A DNA stretch of 63,723 bases from Methylocystaceae bacterium (GCA_050259135.1 JBLNAA010000071.1:1-63723), one strand, 5' to 3'; counted from the first letter of the stretch, positions 9,779-20,303 are shown. Notes: generated from the sequence alone by a model not told the origin. Numbers and translations are program-made.

Positions 9779-12106
9779 ATGGAGGCAAAAATTAGAGAAC
9801 TGCCATTACTGCCCTTAAGAGGAGTGCTGGTTTTCCCTTATATGGTTATTCATTTGGATGTGGGGCGGGAAAAATCAATTAATTCAATTGATGAGGCTAT
9901 GATTAACGACAAGCTGATTTTCCTGGCCACACAGAAGGAGGCCCAAACCGATGATCCTTCTGATGATGACATATATTTAACTGGTGTAGTAGCCGAAATT
10001 AAACAGGTCCTGAAAATGCCGGGCGGTACTATGCGTGTGCTGGTAGAGGGATTAAACCGGGGGACTGTTAAGGAAGTACTTAGTTTTGACCCTTTTATGC
10101 AGGTGCGTATTGAGCAGTATAATGAAGAGCTATCAGAAAAGACTGCGGAAGTTGAAGCACTGGTGCGTACTTTAATCAACCAGTTCGAACAGTATGTACG
10201 CATGTCCAAGAAGGTACCACCAGAAACAGTATCCTCGGTGGTAGCGATTGAGGAAGGCGGACGGCTGGCTGATACTATTGCTTCTCATCTCAATCTGCGG
10301 ATTCAAGACAAACAATCTGTATTAGAGGCATTTGGTACCCGCGAACGGCTGGAAATGGTTTGTGGAATTCTGGCCAAGGAAATGGAAGTCCTGGAACTCG
10401 AACGCAAGATTAATATTCGGGTTCGCAAGCAGATGGAAAAGACTCAGAAAGAGTATTACCTGCGTGAGCAGATCAAGGCCATTCAAAAGGAATTAGGAGA
10501 TAAAGAAGACCGATCGAGTGAAGTTGAGGAACTAAGGGAAAAGATTGCTGAGGCCAAGCTGCCGCCGGAGGCACATGAAAAAGCGATCAAGGAATTGGAA
10601 CGCTTAGAGCGGATGCCGCCCATGGTTGCTGAAGGAGTGGTGGTACGCAATTATTTGGATACCCTGCTTTCACTGCCCTGGAGCAATGAAACCCGTGACC
10701 GCCTGGAAATGAAGGCAGCAGAAAAAATTCTGGATGAGGATCATTTTGGGCTGGAAAAACCCAAGGAAAGAATACTTGAATATTTGGCCATTCGGAAACT
10801 GGCTAAGAAAATGAAAGGACCCATTTTGTGCCTGGTTGGGCCTCCGGGGGTAGGTAAAACCTCATTGGCCAAGTCGGTAGCCCGAGCGATGGGCCGCAAC
10901 TTTGTCCGGATTTCCCTGGGGGGAATGCGTGATGAAGCGGAGATTCGCGGCCATCGGCGCACCTATGTGGGCGCAATGCCGGGACGTATAATTCAGGGTA
11001 TGAAACAAGCGGGCAGCAGAAATCCGGTCTTCCTGCTCGACGAAGTTGATAAGCTCAATTCTGACTTCCGGGGTGATCCGGCCTCGGCGCTGCTGGAAGT
11101 ACTTGACCCGGAACAAAATAACAGTTTTTCTGATCATTACATTGAGGTTGCTTTTGACTTGTCCAAAGTAATGTTCATTACTACTGCCAATTCGGCTCAT
11201 AATATACCCCGTCCGCTGCTCGATCGGATGGAGGTAATATATATATCCGGTTATACCGAGGAAGAAAAGCTGCGTATTGCCCTTGATCACCTGGTACCCA
11301 AACAGATTAAGGAACATGGGCTCAAAATAAACAGTATCAGCTTTTCTGAAGGTGCCATCCGCAAGATTATCCGTGAATATACCCGGGAGGCCGGGGTGCG
11401 TAACCTGGAACGGGAAATCGCCTCTATCTGCCGTAAGGTAGCGCGTCAGGTAGTGGATAACCCCAAACTGGTTTTAAAGGTTACAGCTAACGGTATTCCT
11501 GGTTATCTGGGGACGGAGCGCTTCCGCTTCGGGGTGGCGGAAAAGGAACCAGTGGTCGGAATGGGAACCGGTTTGGCCTGGACGGAAGTCGGCGGTGATA
11601 TTTTAAATATCGAGGTAGCATTGCTTAAAGGTAAAGGCGGAGTAACCTTGACCGGTCAATTGGGCGATGTAATGAAGGAGTCGGCTCAAGCCGGGTTGAC
11701 CTATGTGCGTTCACGGTCACAGGAGCTTGGTATTCCCGAGGAGACCTGGGAAAAGTATGATGTCCATGTTCATGTACCGGAAGGTGCCATTCCCAAGGAT
11801 GGGCCGTCAGCTGGTATTACCATGGCTACGTCGATAGCCAGTGCCCTGTCCGGGCAGGCGATACGCAATGACCTGGCGATGACCGGGGAAATTACTCTGC
11901 GGGGTCGGGTGCTGCCGGTTGGCGGGATTAAGGAAAAAGTGCTGGCTGCTCATCGGGCGGGAATAAAGAAGGTTATTTTGCCCATCGATAATAAAAAAGA
12001 CCTGGATGAAGTGCCTGATAATGTGCGTCGCCGTATGGAGTTTGTTTTAGTGGGCAGTATGGACGAAGTATTGCAGCAGGCCCTTTTAAGAGCTGATGAA
12101 CTTTAG
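9779..12106 (+). CDS. lon: ATP-dependent protease Lon (LonA)
   Basis: 775 aa. Has the LON N-terminal domain ([16 protein letters not shown]), GPPGVGKTS, and the protease domain [17 protein letters not shown]. Confidence 0.97.
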   Translation: MEAKIRELPLLPLRGVLVFPYMVIHLDVGREKSINSIDEAMINDKLIFLATQKEAQTDDPSDDDIYLTGVVAEIKQVLKMPGGTMRVLVEGLNRGTVKEVLSFDPFMQVRIEQYNEELSEKTAEVEALVRTLINQFEQYVRMSKKVPPETVSSVVAIEEGGRLADTIASHLNLRIQDKQSVLEAFGTRERLEMVCGILAKEMEVLELERKINIRVRKQMEKTQKEYYLREQIKAIQKELGDKEDRSSEVEELREKIAEAKLPPEAHEKAIKELERLERMPPMVAEGVVVRNYLDTLLSLPWSNETRDRLEMKAAEKILDEDHFGLEKPKERILEYLAIRKLAKKMKGPILCLVGPPGVGKTSLAKSVARAMGRNFVRISLGGMRDEAEIRGHRRTYVGAMPGRIIQGMKQAGSRNPVFLLDEVDKLNSDFRGDPASALLEVLDPEQNNSFSDHYIEVAFDLSKVMFITTANSAHNIPRPLLDRMEVIYISGYTEEEKLRIALDHLVPKQIKEHGLKINSISFSEGAIRKIIREYTREAGVRNLEREIASICRKVARQVVDNPKLVLKVTANGIPGYLGTERFRFGVAEKEPVVGMGTGLAWTEVGGDILNIEVALLKGKGGVTLTGQLGDVMKESAQAGLTYVRSRSQELGIPEETWEKYDVHVHVPEGAIPKDGPSAGITMATSIASALSGQAIRNDLAMTGEITLRGRVLPVGGIKEKVLAAHRAGIKKVILPIDNKKDLDEVPDNVRRRMEFVLVGSMDEVLQQALLRADEL

Positions 12107-12680
12107 AAAAGCGGCATTTACCTGCTCTTATGTCAATATCAATGATTTGCCGACGGATAATTATCCCGAGGTGGCTTTTGCCGGCCGCTCCAATGTCGGC
12201 AAATCATCACTGATCAACTGCCTGGTAGGGAGAAAAGGCCTGGCCAAGACCAGCTCGACTCCTGGCAAAACCAGAATGTTAAATTACTATACTATTGATG
12301 AAGCGATGTATCTGGTTGACCTGCCCGGATATGGGTTTGCCCGGGTAAGTCAGGCCGAGAAGAGAAAATGGGGCTGCTTAATTGAGGATTATCTGACCAA
12401 AAGAGACCAGTTAAAAGGGGTTATTCAGCTGGTTGACATTCGTCATCCGCCCACGGTGGATGACGTTATGATGTGGCAGTTCCTGGCCCAGATTCAAGTA
12501 CCGGCGGTGGTAGTCGCTAACAAAGCCGATAAAATATCCCGGGGGCAGTGGCTGAAGCAGGACAAGATCATTCGAGAGACCCTGGGGTTGGGACAGGGAA
12601 AGATTATTATCTTTTCTGCCGAAACCCGGCAGGGGATGGAAGAGGTTCAGCGCACAATTATAAGCTGGGTTGAAACATAG
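12096..12680 (+). CDS. engB: ribosome-biogenesis GTPase YsxC/EngB
   Basis: 194 aa. Contains [14 protein letters not shown] (G1), DLPGYG (G3) and NKADK (G4). Overlaps the lon stop by 11 nt. Confidence 0.93.
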   Translation: MNFRKAAFTCSYVNINDLPTDNYPEVAFAGRSNVGKSSLINCLVGRKGLAKTSSTPGKTRMLNYYTIDEAMYLVDLPGYGFARVSQAEKRKWGCLIEDYLTKRDQLKGVIQLVDIRHPPTVDDVMMWQFLAQIQVPAVVVANKADKISRGQWLKQDKIIRETLGLGQGKIIIFSAETRQGMEEVQRTIISWVET

Positions 12681-12700
12681 TCTAAAGTGAAAAATTTGAG

Positions 12701-12733
12701 CCGGCACCTCTTGCTGAGGTGCCGGTTTTATTT
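12701..12733. terminator. bidirectional intrinsic terminator between convergent engB and the DUF1232 gene
   Basis: CCGGCACCTC-TTGC-TGAGGTGCCGG forms a 10-11 bp stem. It is followed by TTTTATTTT on the plus strand and preceded by AAAAATTT. Confidence 0.8.
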
Positions 12734-13087
12734 TCTCCAGACCAGGATAAGTACGACAATAATTATCAGCCAGACCGCAGCGACTATTATTATACCGGCT
12801 TTTAAAGGCGGCAGTGAAGCTGAAACAGCTTGAGCACGGTATTCTGCCTTATAAGTTTCCGGGATGAATTTAAGTGCCAGAATGATCCCCAACGGCAGCA
12901 GCAGCAAATCATCCAGGTAACCAAGTACCGGGATAAAATCAGGGATCAGATCAATCGGGCTCAAGGCATAGGCCAATACCAGCCAGGGAATAACCCTTAC
13001 ATACCAGGGCAGCCTTTTATCCTGGACTGCCTGGTACACGATAACCAGCTGTAACTTTATCTCTTTTACACGCTCCCGCCAACTCAT
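12728..13087 (-). CDS. DUF1232 (YkvA-like) small membrane protein
   Basis: Contains the signature SPIDLIPDFIPVLGYLDDLLLLPLG. ATG 13087 lies 7 nt after AGGGAG; the track start 13093 is a TTG two codons upstream. Probably co-transcribed with the EamA gene. Confidence 0.8.
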   Translation of the reverse strand: MSWRERVKEIKLQLVIVYQAVQDKRLPWYVRVIPWLVLAYALSPIDLIPDFIPVLGYLDDLLLLPLGIILALKFIPETYKAEYRAQAVSASLPPLKAGIIIVAAVWLIIIVVLILVWRK

Positions 13088-13099
13088 GGGCAAAACTCC

Positions 13100-13996
13100 C
13101 TATCCTTTTTGAGCACTCCATAACTCAGCAATAAGCATTCCGGCAATTATAAGGAACCCTCCGATAATAACCGTAGTGGTCAAGGCTTCACCGGCATACA
13201 GATGGGCAAAAACAGCAGCAAACACTGGTTCGGTAGTAAAAATGATGGCGGTACGGGATGGAGTAGTATGTTTCTGCATGGCATTTTGCACCAGAAAGGC
13301 CACGGCGGTGGCAGGAACAGCGGTTAAGAGCAGGGCAATAATAACATCCTGGCCCAACTTTTCTGGTACCGGATCAAAGAATATTCCGCCGATAAAACTG
13401 AGTATACCCACCGTCAGGATTTGAACCATGGTAAAGGGGAAGGCGCGGAACTTCGGCGAATATTTGGACACCATCACGATCTGAAGAGCAAAGCCTACTG
13501 CACAAATCAAAACCAGAAGGTCGCCATATGAAGGGATAAATGATCCAGTAGTGCCAAAAGACATCATATAGAGGCCGCCGCCGGCCAGTAATACTCCGAA
13601 GATACTACCAATGCCCGGAAAGGTTCGAGTCATTAGACCGTAAATCGGCGGTACCAGAACCACTGATAAACCAGTAATAAATCCGGCATTGGTTGCAGTG
13701 GTAAACTCTAATCCCACGGTTTGGAAGGTATAACCGATAAACATGAATACACCGACCAAACTGCCAGACAAAACCAACGACCGGTTTAAACTCTGGAAAA
13801 AGGAGGGGAAAATAAAGGCTAGAGATAAAAATGCGAGTAAAAAACGAACTCCATTAAAATAAAAGGGGCCGATATGGGCAAGGCCGCCTTTAACAATAAC
13901 AAAAGTAGTACCCCAGACCAGGGCTACCAGAAGTAAATAAAATTCAGCTCTGACACCACGAACGCGGGATGCATTCACCAGCTTCACCTGCTCCAT
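13100..13996 (-). CDS. EamA/DMT-family permease
   Basis: 298 aa with about 10 predicted TM helices arranged as two EamA-like repeats. Confidence 0.85.
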   Translation of the reverse strand: MEQVKLVNASRVRGVRAEFYLLLVALVWGTTFVIVKGGLAHIGPFYFNGVRFLLAFLSLAFIFPSFFQSLNRSLVLSGSLVGVFMFIGYTFQTVGLEFTTATNAGFITGLSVVLVPPIYGLMTRTFPGIGSIFGVLLAGGGLYMMSFGTTGSFIPSYGDLLVLICAVGFALQIVMVSKYSPKFRAFPFTMVQILTVGILSFIGGIFFDPVPEKLGQDVIIALLLTAVPATAVAFLVQNAMQKHTTPSRTAIIFTTEPVFAAVFAHLYAGEALTTTVIIGGFLIIAGMLIAELWSAQKG

Positions 13997-14031
13997 TTAT
14001 ATCCGCCTGCACCCGGTATTATATGCCTAAC

Positions 14032-14373
14032 ACCGGATAAAAATCCGACTACATTATAGACAAAGAACTAAGCAACACCTATTTTAAATGATTACTAAGA
14101 AAGATAGCCTGTCTAGAAGCCCCCAGGTGCTAGGCGGCCGCTGGCCAGCTTACGCTTGGTCGCTGGTGAGCCTCCGGCTCACTATCCGCGACACTCGCTG
14201 ATACATAGTCAGCGTCGCTATTTCCGCGGCACTAGGCGAAACATCGTCGCCGTCGCAGATGCGGACTGGAGAGAGCGGAGTTCTTAGCGCTTTAGCGTTT
14301 AGAACTCCGGCCTGCCCCTTGCGGGTACAACGCAGATGGGGGTTTATCGACAGGTTGACCGGATAAAAATCCG
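14032..14373. repeat. 16-bp direct repeat ACCGGATAAAAATCCG (14032-14047 and 14358-14373) bracketing a 310-bp insert-like segment
   Basis: Exact 16/16 match read directly from the sequence. The second copy is part of the perfect palindrome CCGGATAAAAATCCGG. Confidence 0.85.
14118..14346. other. GC-rich, hairpin-dense non-coding element (candidate structured RNA or MITE-like insert); strand unknown
   Basis: Hand-folded features: closing helix 14120-14130 / 14332-14342, and hairpins 14166-14182, 14188-14218, 14235-14251 and 14276-14309. No credible ORF. Composition clearly differs from the AT-rich flanks. Confidence 0.45.
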
Positions 14374-14609
14374 GCAGCCTGATGACAAGCGACATATTTA
14401 GGATAAAATAATAATGATAAGCTTAAAACCCAAAGGTAAAATCGTAAGCTTGCTTGGACTTCGCCTGTTTAAATAATATCGGTCAGTTTGGCTGCCATCT
14501 GATTATTAATCAGGATGATACCCAGAACTAAGACCAGCAAATGGGGGATCAACTTAACAGGCGGGATAAGCTTATTATACATAACCCCAAGAAGGAGGGT
14601 ATTAATATT

Positions 14610-17267
14610 TTGCTGAATGCTGAAAATCTGCCCAGTGTTTATAACCCGGCTTTAGTTGAGGACAAGTGGTACCGTTGGTGGGAGGAAGAAGGTTTTTTTA
14701 TCCCCAGTGGTAATCGGAAAGCTGAACCATTTTCCATTGTTATGCCGCCTCCCAATGTAACCGGGCAGCTGCATCTGGGACACGCGATAGATAATACCAT
14801 GCAGGATATAATTGCCCGGTTTAAGCGGATGCAGGGATTTGATACCCTGTGGTTGCCCGGGACTGATCATGCAGGTATTGCTACTCAGGCTAAAGTTGAA
14901 GAGGCGTTGGCCGAACAGGGTATTTCCCGCTATGACCTTGGCCGGGAAAAATTCCTGGAACGGGTCTGGGAATGGAAGAACGAGTACCACGGACGCATAA
15001 CCCATCAGCTAAGATTACTTGGTTCCTCCTGTGACTGGACCCGGGAACGCTTTACCATGGATGAGGGCTGCTCCGAAGCAGTGCGCGAGGTATTTGTCAG
15101 CCTCTACGAACAGGGTTTAATTTATCAAGGAGATTACATTATTAACTGGTGTACCAAATGTAAAACCACCATTTCTGATATTGAGGTGGAGCATGAGGAG
15201 GAGGCCGGTCACCTCTGGCATATCAAATATCCGGTGGTTGACAGTGATGAATATCTGGTGGTTGCTACTACCCGGCCGGAAACCATGCTTGGTGATACCG
15301 GGGTGGCAGTTCACCCGGAAGATGAGCGTTATCGGCATCTGGTAGGCAAAGAGGTGCTGCTGCCTCTAACCAACCGGCAAATTCCGATTTTTGCCGACGA
15401 CTACGTAGACCGCGAGTTCGGTACCGGGGCAGTAAAAGTAACCCCGGCTCATGATATTAATGACTTTGAAATGGGAAGACGCCACAGCCTGGATAGCATT
15501 ACCGTAATCAATCTTGACGGCACCATGAACCAGGCAGCGGGAGACGATTATCAGGGACTTGATCGATACCAGTGCCGTAAAAAGGTGGTTGACGATCTAA
15601 AACAACAGGGCTTCCTGGTCAAGATAGAGGATCACACTCATGCGGTCGGACACTGTTATCGCTGCGATTCGACTATTGAACCGATGGTATCAAAACAGTG
15701 GTTTGTGCGGATGAAACCTCTGGCCGAACCCGCTATTGAGCGGGTGTTAGCCGGAGATACCAAGTTTGTTCCTTCCCGGTTTACCAAGGTTTATACCAAC
15801 TGGATGGAGAATATCCGCGATTGGTGCATTTCCCGCCAGTTATGGTGGGGGCATCGGATTCCGGTGTGGTATTGTGACTGCGGGGAAGTTATAGTCAGCC
15901 GTCAGGATCCCACTGTCTGTCCAACTTGTGGTTCAAAGAACCTGGTTCAGGATGAAGATGTGCTGGATACCTGGTTTTCTTCTGCCCTGTGGCCTTTTTC
16001 GACTATGGGCTGGCCCAAGAAGACCGCAGATTTCAAGCGCTATTTCCCGACCACCGTACTGGTCACCGGCCGTGATATTATTTTCTTCTGGGTAGCCAGG
16101 ATGATTTTTTCCGCTATCCATCATACCGGACAGGTACCGTTTGCCGACGTGCTCATCCATGGTTTGATCCTGGATGAAAAGGGACGTAAAATGAGCAAAT
16201 CATTAGGTAACGGTATCGATCCGCTGGATATTATAGACAAGTATGGTGCGGATACCTTGCGGTTTTCCCTGGTAACCGGCAATACTCAGGGCAATGATGT
16301 GCGCTTCCATATGGATAAAGTAGAAAACACCAGGAACTTTGCCAATAAGATCTGGAATGCTTCCCGCTTTGTAATTATGAATCTGAAGGATTACGAGCCT
16401 ATTCAATGGACAGATGATGAGTTAACAACTGCTGACCGTTGGATTTTAACCCGAGTCAGTCAGGTTATATCGGAAGTTACAGAGCGTCTGGAGGCCTATG
16501 ACCAGGGTGAGGCTGCCCGACTGGTTTACGATTTCATCTGGGATGAGTTTTGCGATTGGTATATTGAATTGAGTAAACCATGCTTATATCAGCCCCTCAC
16601 CCCCAGACACAAACAGGTGGTGCAAAGTATACTGATCGAAGTTTTATCAACGGTATTACAGCTGCTGCATCCCTTTATGCCGTTTATCACCGAGGAAATC
16701 TATCAATTCATGCCGGGTCATACCAAAAGCATAATGATATCTTCCTGGCCGAAGCCCCATCCGCAGCATACCTGGAGCAATGCGGTGGAGGAGATGAAGA
16801 TGGTCATGGAAGTAATCCGGGCTATCCGTAATCTGCGGGCCGAGGTTGGTGCTAACCCCGGGGTAACTGTGGCTGCTACCCTGATAGCTCATAATAAACA
16901 GGCTGAACATACCTTGGAACAGGGTAAAAACTATATTTCCGGGTTAGCCAAAGTAGGGGAAATGGTTATTGCCCAGGCAGATAATGCGTTGACACCCGAT
17001 CAAGCTTTAAGTACTCATTTGGCAGCAGTTGATATTTACCTGCCGCTGAAAGGGCTGGTAGATATCGAAAAGGAAATGGCCCGGCTGGAAAAAGAAATGG
17101 ACAGCCTGCTTAAAGATGAGAATCTGATGCGGGGCAAGTTAGGAAATGAAAAGTTTATTGGTCGGGCACCCGCCGAGGTAGTGGCCAAAGAACGCGAAAA
17201 GCTGGAGGAGGTACTTCGTAAAAAGGATGGTGTCAGCCTACGCTTGCAAGCACTGAAGCAGCTATAG
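14610..17267 (+). CDS. valS: valine--tRNA ligase
   Basis: Class I aaRS with PPPNVTGQLHLGHA (HIGH) and KMSKSLGN (KMSKS), plus a C-terminal coiled coil. TTG 14610 lies 9 nt after GAAGGAGGG. The track start 14541 adds 23 aa not typical of ValS. Confidence 0.95.
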   Translation: MLNAENLPSVYNPALVEDKWYRWWEEEGFFIPSGNRKAEPFSIVMPPPNVTGQLHLGHAIDNTMQDIIARFKRMQGFDTLWLPGTDHAGIATQAKVEEALAEQGISRYDLGREKFLERVWEWKNEYHGRITHQLRLLGSSCDWTRERFTMDEGCSEAVREVFVSLYEQGLIYQGDYIINWCTKCKTTISDIEVEHEEEAGHLWHIKYPVVDSDEYLVVATTRPETMLGDTGVAVHPEDERYRHLVGKEVLLPLTNRQIPIFADDYVDREFGTGAVKVTPAHDINDFEMGRRHSLDSITVINLDGTMNQAAGDDYQGLDRYQCRKKVVDDLKQQGFLVKIEDHTHAVGHCYRCDSTIEPMVSKQWFVRMKPLAEPAIERVLAGDTKFVPSRFTKVYTNWMENIRDWCISRQLWWGHRIPVWYCDCGEVIVSRQDPTVCPTCGSKNLVQDEDVLDTWFSSALWPFSTMGWPKKTADFKRYFPTTVLVTGRDIIFFWVARMIFSAIHHTGQVPFADVLIHGLILDEKGRKMSKSLGNGIDPLDIIDKYGADTLRFSLVTGNTQGNDVRFHMDKVENTRNFANKIWNASRFVIMNLKDYEPIQWTDDELTTADRWILTRVSQVISEVTERLEAYDQGEAARLVYDFIWDEFCDWYIELSKPCLYQPLTPRHKQVVQSILIEVLSTVLQLLHPFMPFITEEIYQFMPGHTKSIMISSWPKPHPQHTWSNAVEEMKMVMEVIRAIRNLRAEVGANPGVTVAATLIAHNKQAEHTLEQGKNYISGLAKVGEMVIAQADNALTPDQALSTHLAAVDIYLPLKGLVDIEKEMARLEKEMDSLLKDENLMRGKLGNEKFIGRAPAEVVAKEREKLEEVLRKKDGVSLRLQALKQL

Positions 17268-17287
17268 AAGAATATTTAAAAGGATTA

Positions 17288-18544
17288 TTGCAATATGGGG
17301 CCAAACCGGGTTTAGAAAGGATTTTCCGCCTGACTGAACTGCTGGGGAGGCCCCAGCATGATTTTGCGTCCATTCACATTGGAGGTACCAATGGTAAGGG
17401 TTCAACCTCGCTTATGCTGTCACGCATTTTAACCGCCAGCGGATATAAAACCGGGATGTTTGTATCACCGCATCTTCATTCCTATCGTGAGCGCATGCAG
17501 ATTAATGGGGTAATGATTAGTACTGCTGATCTGGCTTTCTGTTTATCGAGGGTTGATGAGCTGCTGCCGATATTAGCTGCCGAGGGTTTTTCTCACCCTA
17601 CTGAATTTGAAGTGTTGACAGCGGCTGCTTTTCTCTATTTTAGCCAGCAACAGGTTGAAGTGGCGGTGATTGAAGTAGGAATGGGCGGCCTTTATGATTC
17701 CACGAATGTAATTAATCCTCTGGTTTCGGTAATCACTAACATTGAAATGGATCATACAGCTTTTCTTGGTCATACGATTGCTGAAATTGCGGTTAACAAA
17801 GCGGGAATAATTAAACCACGGATACCGGTAGTAACTGGAGAAACCAAACCAGAGGCACTAAAGGTTTTAGCTGCCGGAGCCAGAGAAAAAGGGGCAGAGC
17901 TACTGGTAGCCCCTGAGTTGGTGGGGATTGAAACCAGGACGGGTAATATCAAGGGACAGGAACTGCTGGTAAATTACCATGGTGATCAGTCGCAGGTCGA
18001 TTTAGGGCTGCCGGGTACTTACCAGCGAGAGAATTTGGCTGTGGTATGGGTAGCGCTGGACTGTCTTCAGCAGCAGGGATTAGTGTTATCACTGACAGCA
18101 GTGAAACAGGCTTTAAAGGATTGCCGCTGGCCCGGTCGGCTGGAATTAATTAGTGAAGATCCGATGATAATTTTGGATGCAGGTCATAATGAAGCTGGTG
18201 CCAAAGCTCTGCAGACCGCTATAAATGAACTGCTGCCAGATCGGGGTATAATAGTGGTAGCAGGTATACTTGACGACAAAGATGCTCGTGCTTTTATCGC
18301 TAATATGCCGACTAATACCAGGGCGGTAGTAATTACCCACCCGGATAGCCCGCGGGCAGATAACTGGAGACAAAAGGCGGATTTGGCACGTGAATATTTC
18401 GAGCAGGTTTATGAGGTGGAACTGATTGAACAGGCGGTTAACCTGGGCCTTTCACTGACCAGGCCCGAAGAAGCTTTACTGGTAACAGGATCCTTTTATG
18501 TTTTGGACCGAGCCCGTAAACACTTGTTAAAGATAGTGCAATAA
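17288..18544 (+). CDS. folC: bifunctional folylpolyglutamate synthase / dihydrofolate synthase
   Basis: 418 aa. Contains GGTNGKGST (Mur-ligase P-loop). Shows valS-folC synteny. TTG start. Confidence 0.9.
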   Translation: MQYGAKPGLERIFRLTELLGRPQHDFASIHIGGTNGKGSTSLMLSRILTASGYKTGMFVSPHLHSYRERMQINGVMISTADLAFCLSRVDELLPILAAEGFSHPTEFEVLTAAAFLYFSQQQVEVAVIEVGMGGLYDSTNVINPLVSVITNIEMDHTAFLGHTIAEIAVNKAGIIKPRIPVVTGETKPEALKVLAAGAREKGAELLVAPELVGIETRTGNIKGQELLVNYHGDQSQVDLGLPGTYQRENLAVVWVALDCLQQQGLVLSLTAVKQALKDCRWPGRLELISEDPMIILDAGHNEAGAKALQTAINELLPDRGIIVVAGILDDKDARAFIANMPTNTRAVVITHPDSPRADNWRQKADLAREYFEQVYEVELIEQAVNLGLSLTRPEEALLVTGSFYVLDRARKHLLKIVQ

Positions 18545-18578
18545 AACCAGTTTTTTTGTATACAATTATTACGTAGAA

Positions 18579-18606
18579 TTAACATGCGCTTAACAGTAGT
18601 AACCAA
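18579..18606 (+). promoter_or_regulatory. candidate Pho box (PhoP-type direct repeats)
   Basis: TTAACA-N5-TTAACA-N5-AACCAA has 11-bp periodicity and matches the B. subtilis PhoP TT(A/T/C)ACA repeat pattern. It lies directly upstream of the DUF47/Pit phosphate genes. Confidence 0.4.
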
Positions 18607-18658
18607 ATGCGTTGATATAATTAATAGGTACTTAACAATACAAGGGAGGACTTACTCG

Positions 18659-19291
18659 TTGGCAGCCATGCGTTTTAAACCCAAGGATCACTATTTCTTT
18701 GATAGCTTTGACCAGCTGGCCCGGCTATTGATTGAAGGAACAGCCGCACTGAAGGATTATGTTGTAAACGACGGCGATCCTCTTCCCCGGCTGGAAAAAC
18801 TTAATCAGCTGGAAGCTGAAGGTGACAATATTTTTGGTGCCATTCTGGACAAGCTCAACACAACGTTTATAATTCCTTTTGACCGGGAAGATATTTATGA
18901 ACTCTCCAAAGAGCTGAATAAAATCCTTGATCATATTCAAGGGACCATGGAAAAAATAGTACTATATAAAGCCGGACAGCCCAAGGATACCAGTGTGCGT
19001 GAGATGGTACTGCTTTTGGAAAGCTCAGTTATAGAAGTAAAGAAAGCCGTTGGCGATCTGCGCCAGTTAAACCAAAACTACCAGCAGGTTTTGGCCTCCT
19101 GTGATTTGATTAGGCAATATGAAAATGATGGTGATCACCTGTATCGGCAGGGACTGGCTCAGCTTTTTGATACCAAAGATGCTATCGAGATTATTAAATG
19201 GAAAGAGATACTGGAGCATTTGGAAAGCACATTGGACTACTGTCAGGATGTCAGCTATGTCTTAAAAGGGGTTGCCGTAAAATATGTTTAG
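18659..19291 (+). CDS. DUF47 / PhoU-like phosphate-transport regulator (YkaA-like)
   Basis: About 210 aa and helical, paired with and overlapping a Pit transporter by 8 nt. TTG 18659 lies 9 nt after GGGAGG; the track start 18584 is probably an extension. Confidence 0.8.
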   Translation: MAAMRFKPKDHYFFDSFDQLARLLIEGTAALKDYVVNDGDPLPRLEKLNQLEAEGDNIFGAILDKLNTTFIIPFDREDIYELSKELNKILDHIQGTMEKIVLYKAGQPKDTSVREMVLLLESSVIEVKKAVGDLRQLNQNYQQVLASCDLIRQYENDGDHLYRQGLAQLFDTKDAIEIIKWKEILEHLESTLDYCQDVSYVLKGVAVKYV

Positions 19292-20273
19292 TCTTATCAC
19301 TCTGATTGTGGTTATAGTGCTTGCCCTGGCTTTTGACTACGTAAACGGTTTTCATGATACTGCCAATGCAATTGCTACTTCGATATCAACGAAAGCTCTA
19401 TCACCAAGGGTTGCCGTTATTTTGGCCGCAGTGCTGAATTTTGTCGGGGCCTTGTCAGGTACCGCGGTAGCACTTACTATCGGTAAAGGAATAGTTGAAC
19501 CAAATGCGATTACACCACCGGTTCTGATTTCTGCTTTGATCGCCGCCATTTCCTGGAATCTGATTACCTGGTATTTTGGTATTCCTTCCAGCTCATCACA
19601 TGCACTGATTGGCGGTCTTACCGGAGGTACCCTGGCTGCTCTGGGAATGAGCGGTGTCAAATGGGGCGGCTTTGTTAAAATTGTAACTTCGCTGATAGGA
19701 AGCCCGCTGATCTCCTTTGTCATTGGATCATTGATTATGTCAATTTTGTTCTGGGCTTGCCGGGGCCTTTATCCAGTGCGCATAAATAACATTTTTCGGA
19801 GATTACAGATATTATCAGCCTCAATGATGGCTTTTTCTCACGGTACCAATGATGCTCAGAAATCCATGGGCATTATCACCATGGCTCTGATGGGAGCAGG
19901 CTTTTTGGATAGTTTTCATGTGCCGACCTGGGTAATTTTGTTATGTGCTACCGCAATGGCTTTAGGTACCATGAGCGGGGGATGGAGAATTATCCGCACC
20001 ATGGGAAACAAGATTTTCCGTATTGAGCCGATCAATGGGTTTGCAGCTGATCTGGGATCATCGCTGGTTATTTATACCTCATCATTACTTGGTTTTCCAG
20101 TCAGCACCACCCATGTAGTGTCGGGTTCTATTATGGGGGTAGGTTCAGTAAAACGCTTTCGAGCTGTACGCTGGGGTATCGCGCAGCAGATGGTAACTGC
20201 CTGGGTGGTTACTATTCCGTGTACCGCGTTGGTAGCAATACTGGTTTATCAAGTAGTAAAGTTGTTCTTTTAA
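19284..20273 (+). CDS. inorganic phosphate transporter, PiT (PHO4) family
   Basis: 329-aa polytopic protein. Has GFHDTANAIATS and SHGTNDAQK, the duplicated PiT signatures. Confidence 0.92.
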   Translation: MFSLITLIVVIVLALAFDYVNGFHDTANAIATSISTKALSPRVAVILAAVLNFVGALSGTAVALTIGKGIVEPNAITPPVLISALIAAISWNLITWYFGIPSSSSHALIGGLTGGTLAALGMSGVKWGGFVKIVTSLIGSPLISFVIGSLIMSILFWACRGLYPVRINNIFRRLQILSASMMAFSHGTNDAQKSMGIITMALMGAGFLDSFHVPTWVILLCATAMALGTMSGGWRIIRTMGNKIFRIEPINGFAADLGSSLVIYTSSLLGFPVSTTHVVSGSIMGVGSVKRFRAVRWGIAQQMVTAWVVTIPCTALVAILVYQVVKLFF

Positions 20274-20303
20274 CGCTAAACTTAAATTGTCATCACATAA
20301 AAA

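Noticed and set aside
14150-14395. 81-aa minus-strand ORF inside the GC-rich intergenic element.
   Set aside because: It has an R/S/P-rich, low-complexity translation and no SD. It coincides with dense hairpins. The region is better explained as non-coding.
14469-14582. Unlisted 37-aa minus-strand ORF (MYNKLIPPVKLIPHLLVLVLGIILINNQMAAKLTDII) with a hydrophobic core, upstream of and divergent from valS.
   Set aside because: It has only a weak G-rich pseudo-SD, and I cannot assess conservation. It overlaps the valS RBS region. It is too short to support from sequence alone, though ribosome profiling could revive it.
14040-14609. Expected a T-box leader upstream of valS.
   Set aside because: There is no GGTGGTACCGCG-type core, no specifier-loop architecture and no terminator/antiterminator pair on the plus strand. 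valS appears not to be T-box regulated here.
14541-14609. 5' extensions of track ORFs: valS 14541, DUF47 18584, rex 20454, DUF4321-like 21289, minD 28292, radical SAM 32743, rplU 37050, Spo0B-like 38037, spoVD 45310, rbr 46747, nadD 46821, TVP38 53769 and others.
   Set aside because: The extensions lack SD sequences, add residues that are atypical for the families, and in several cases run through promoters or terminators. Internal starts with proper SD spacing were preferred.
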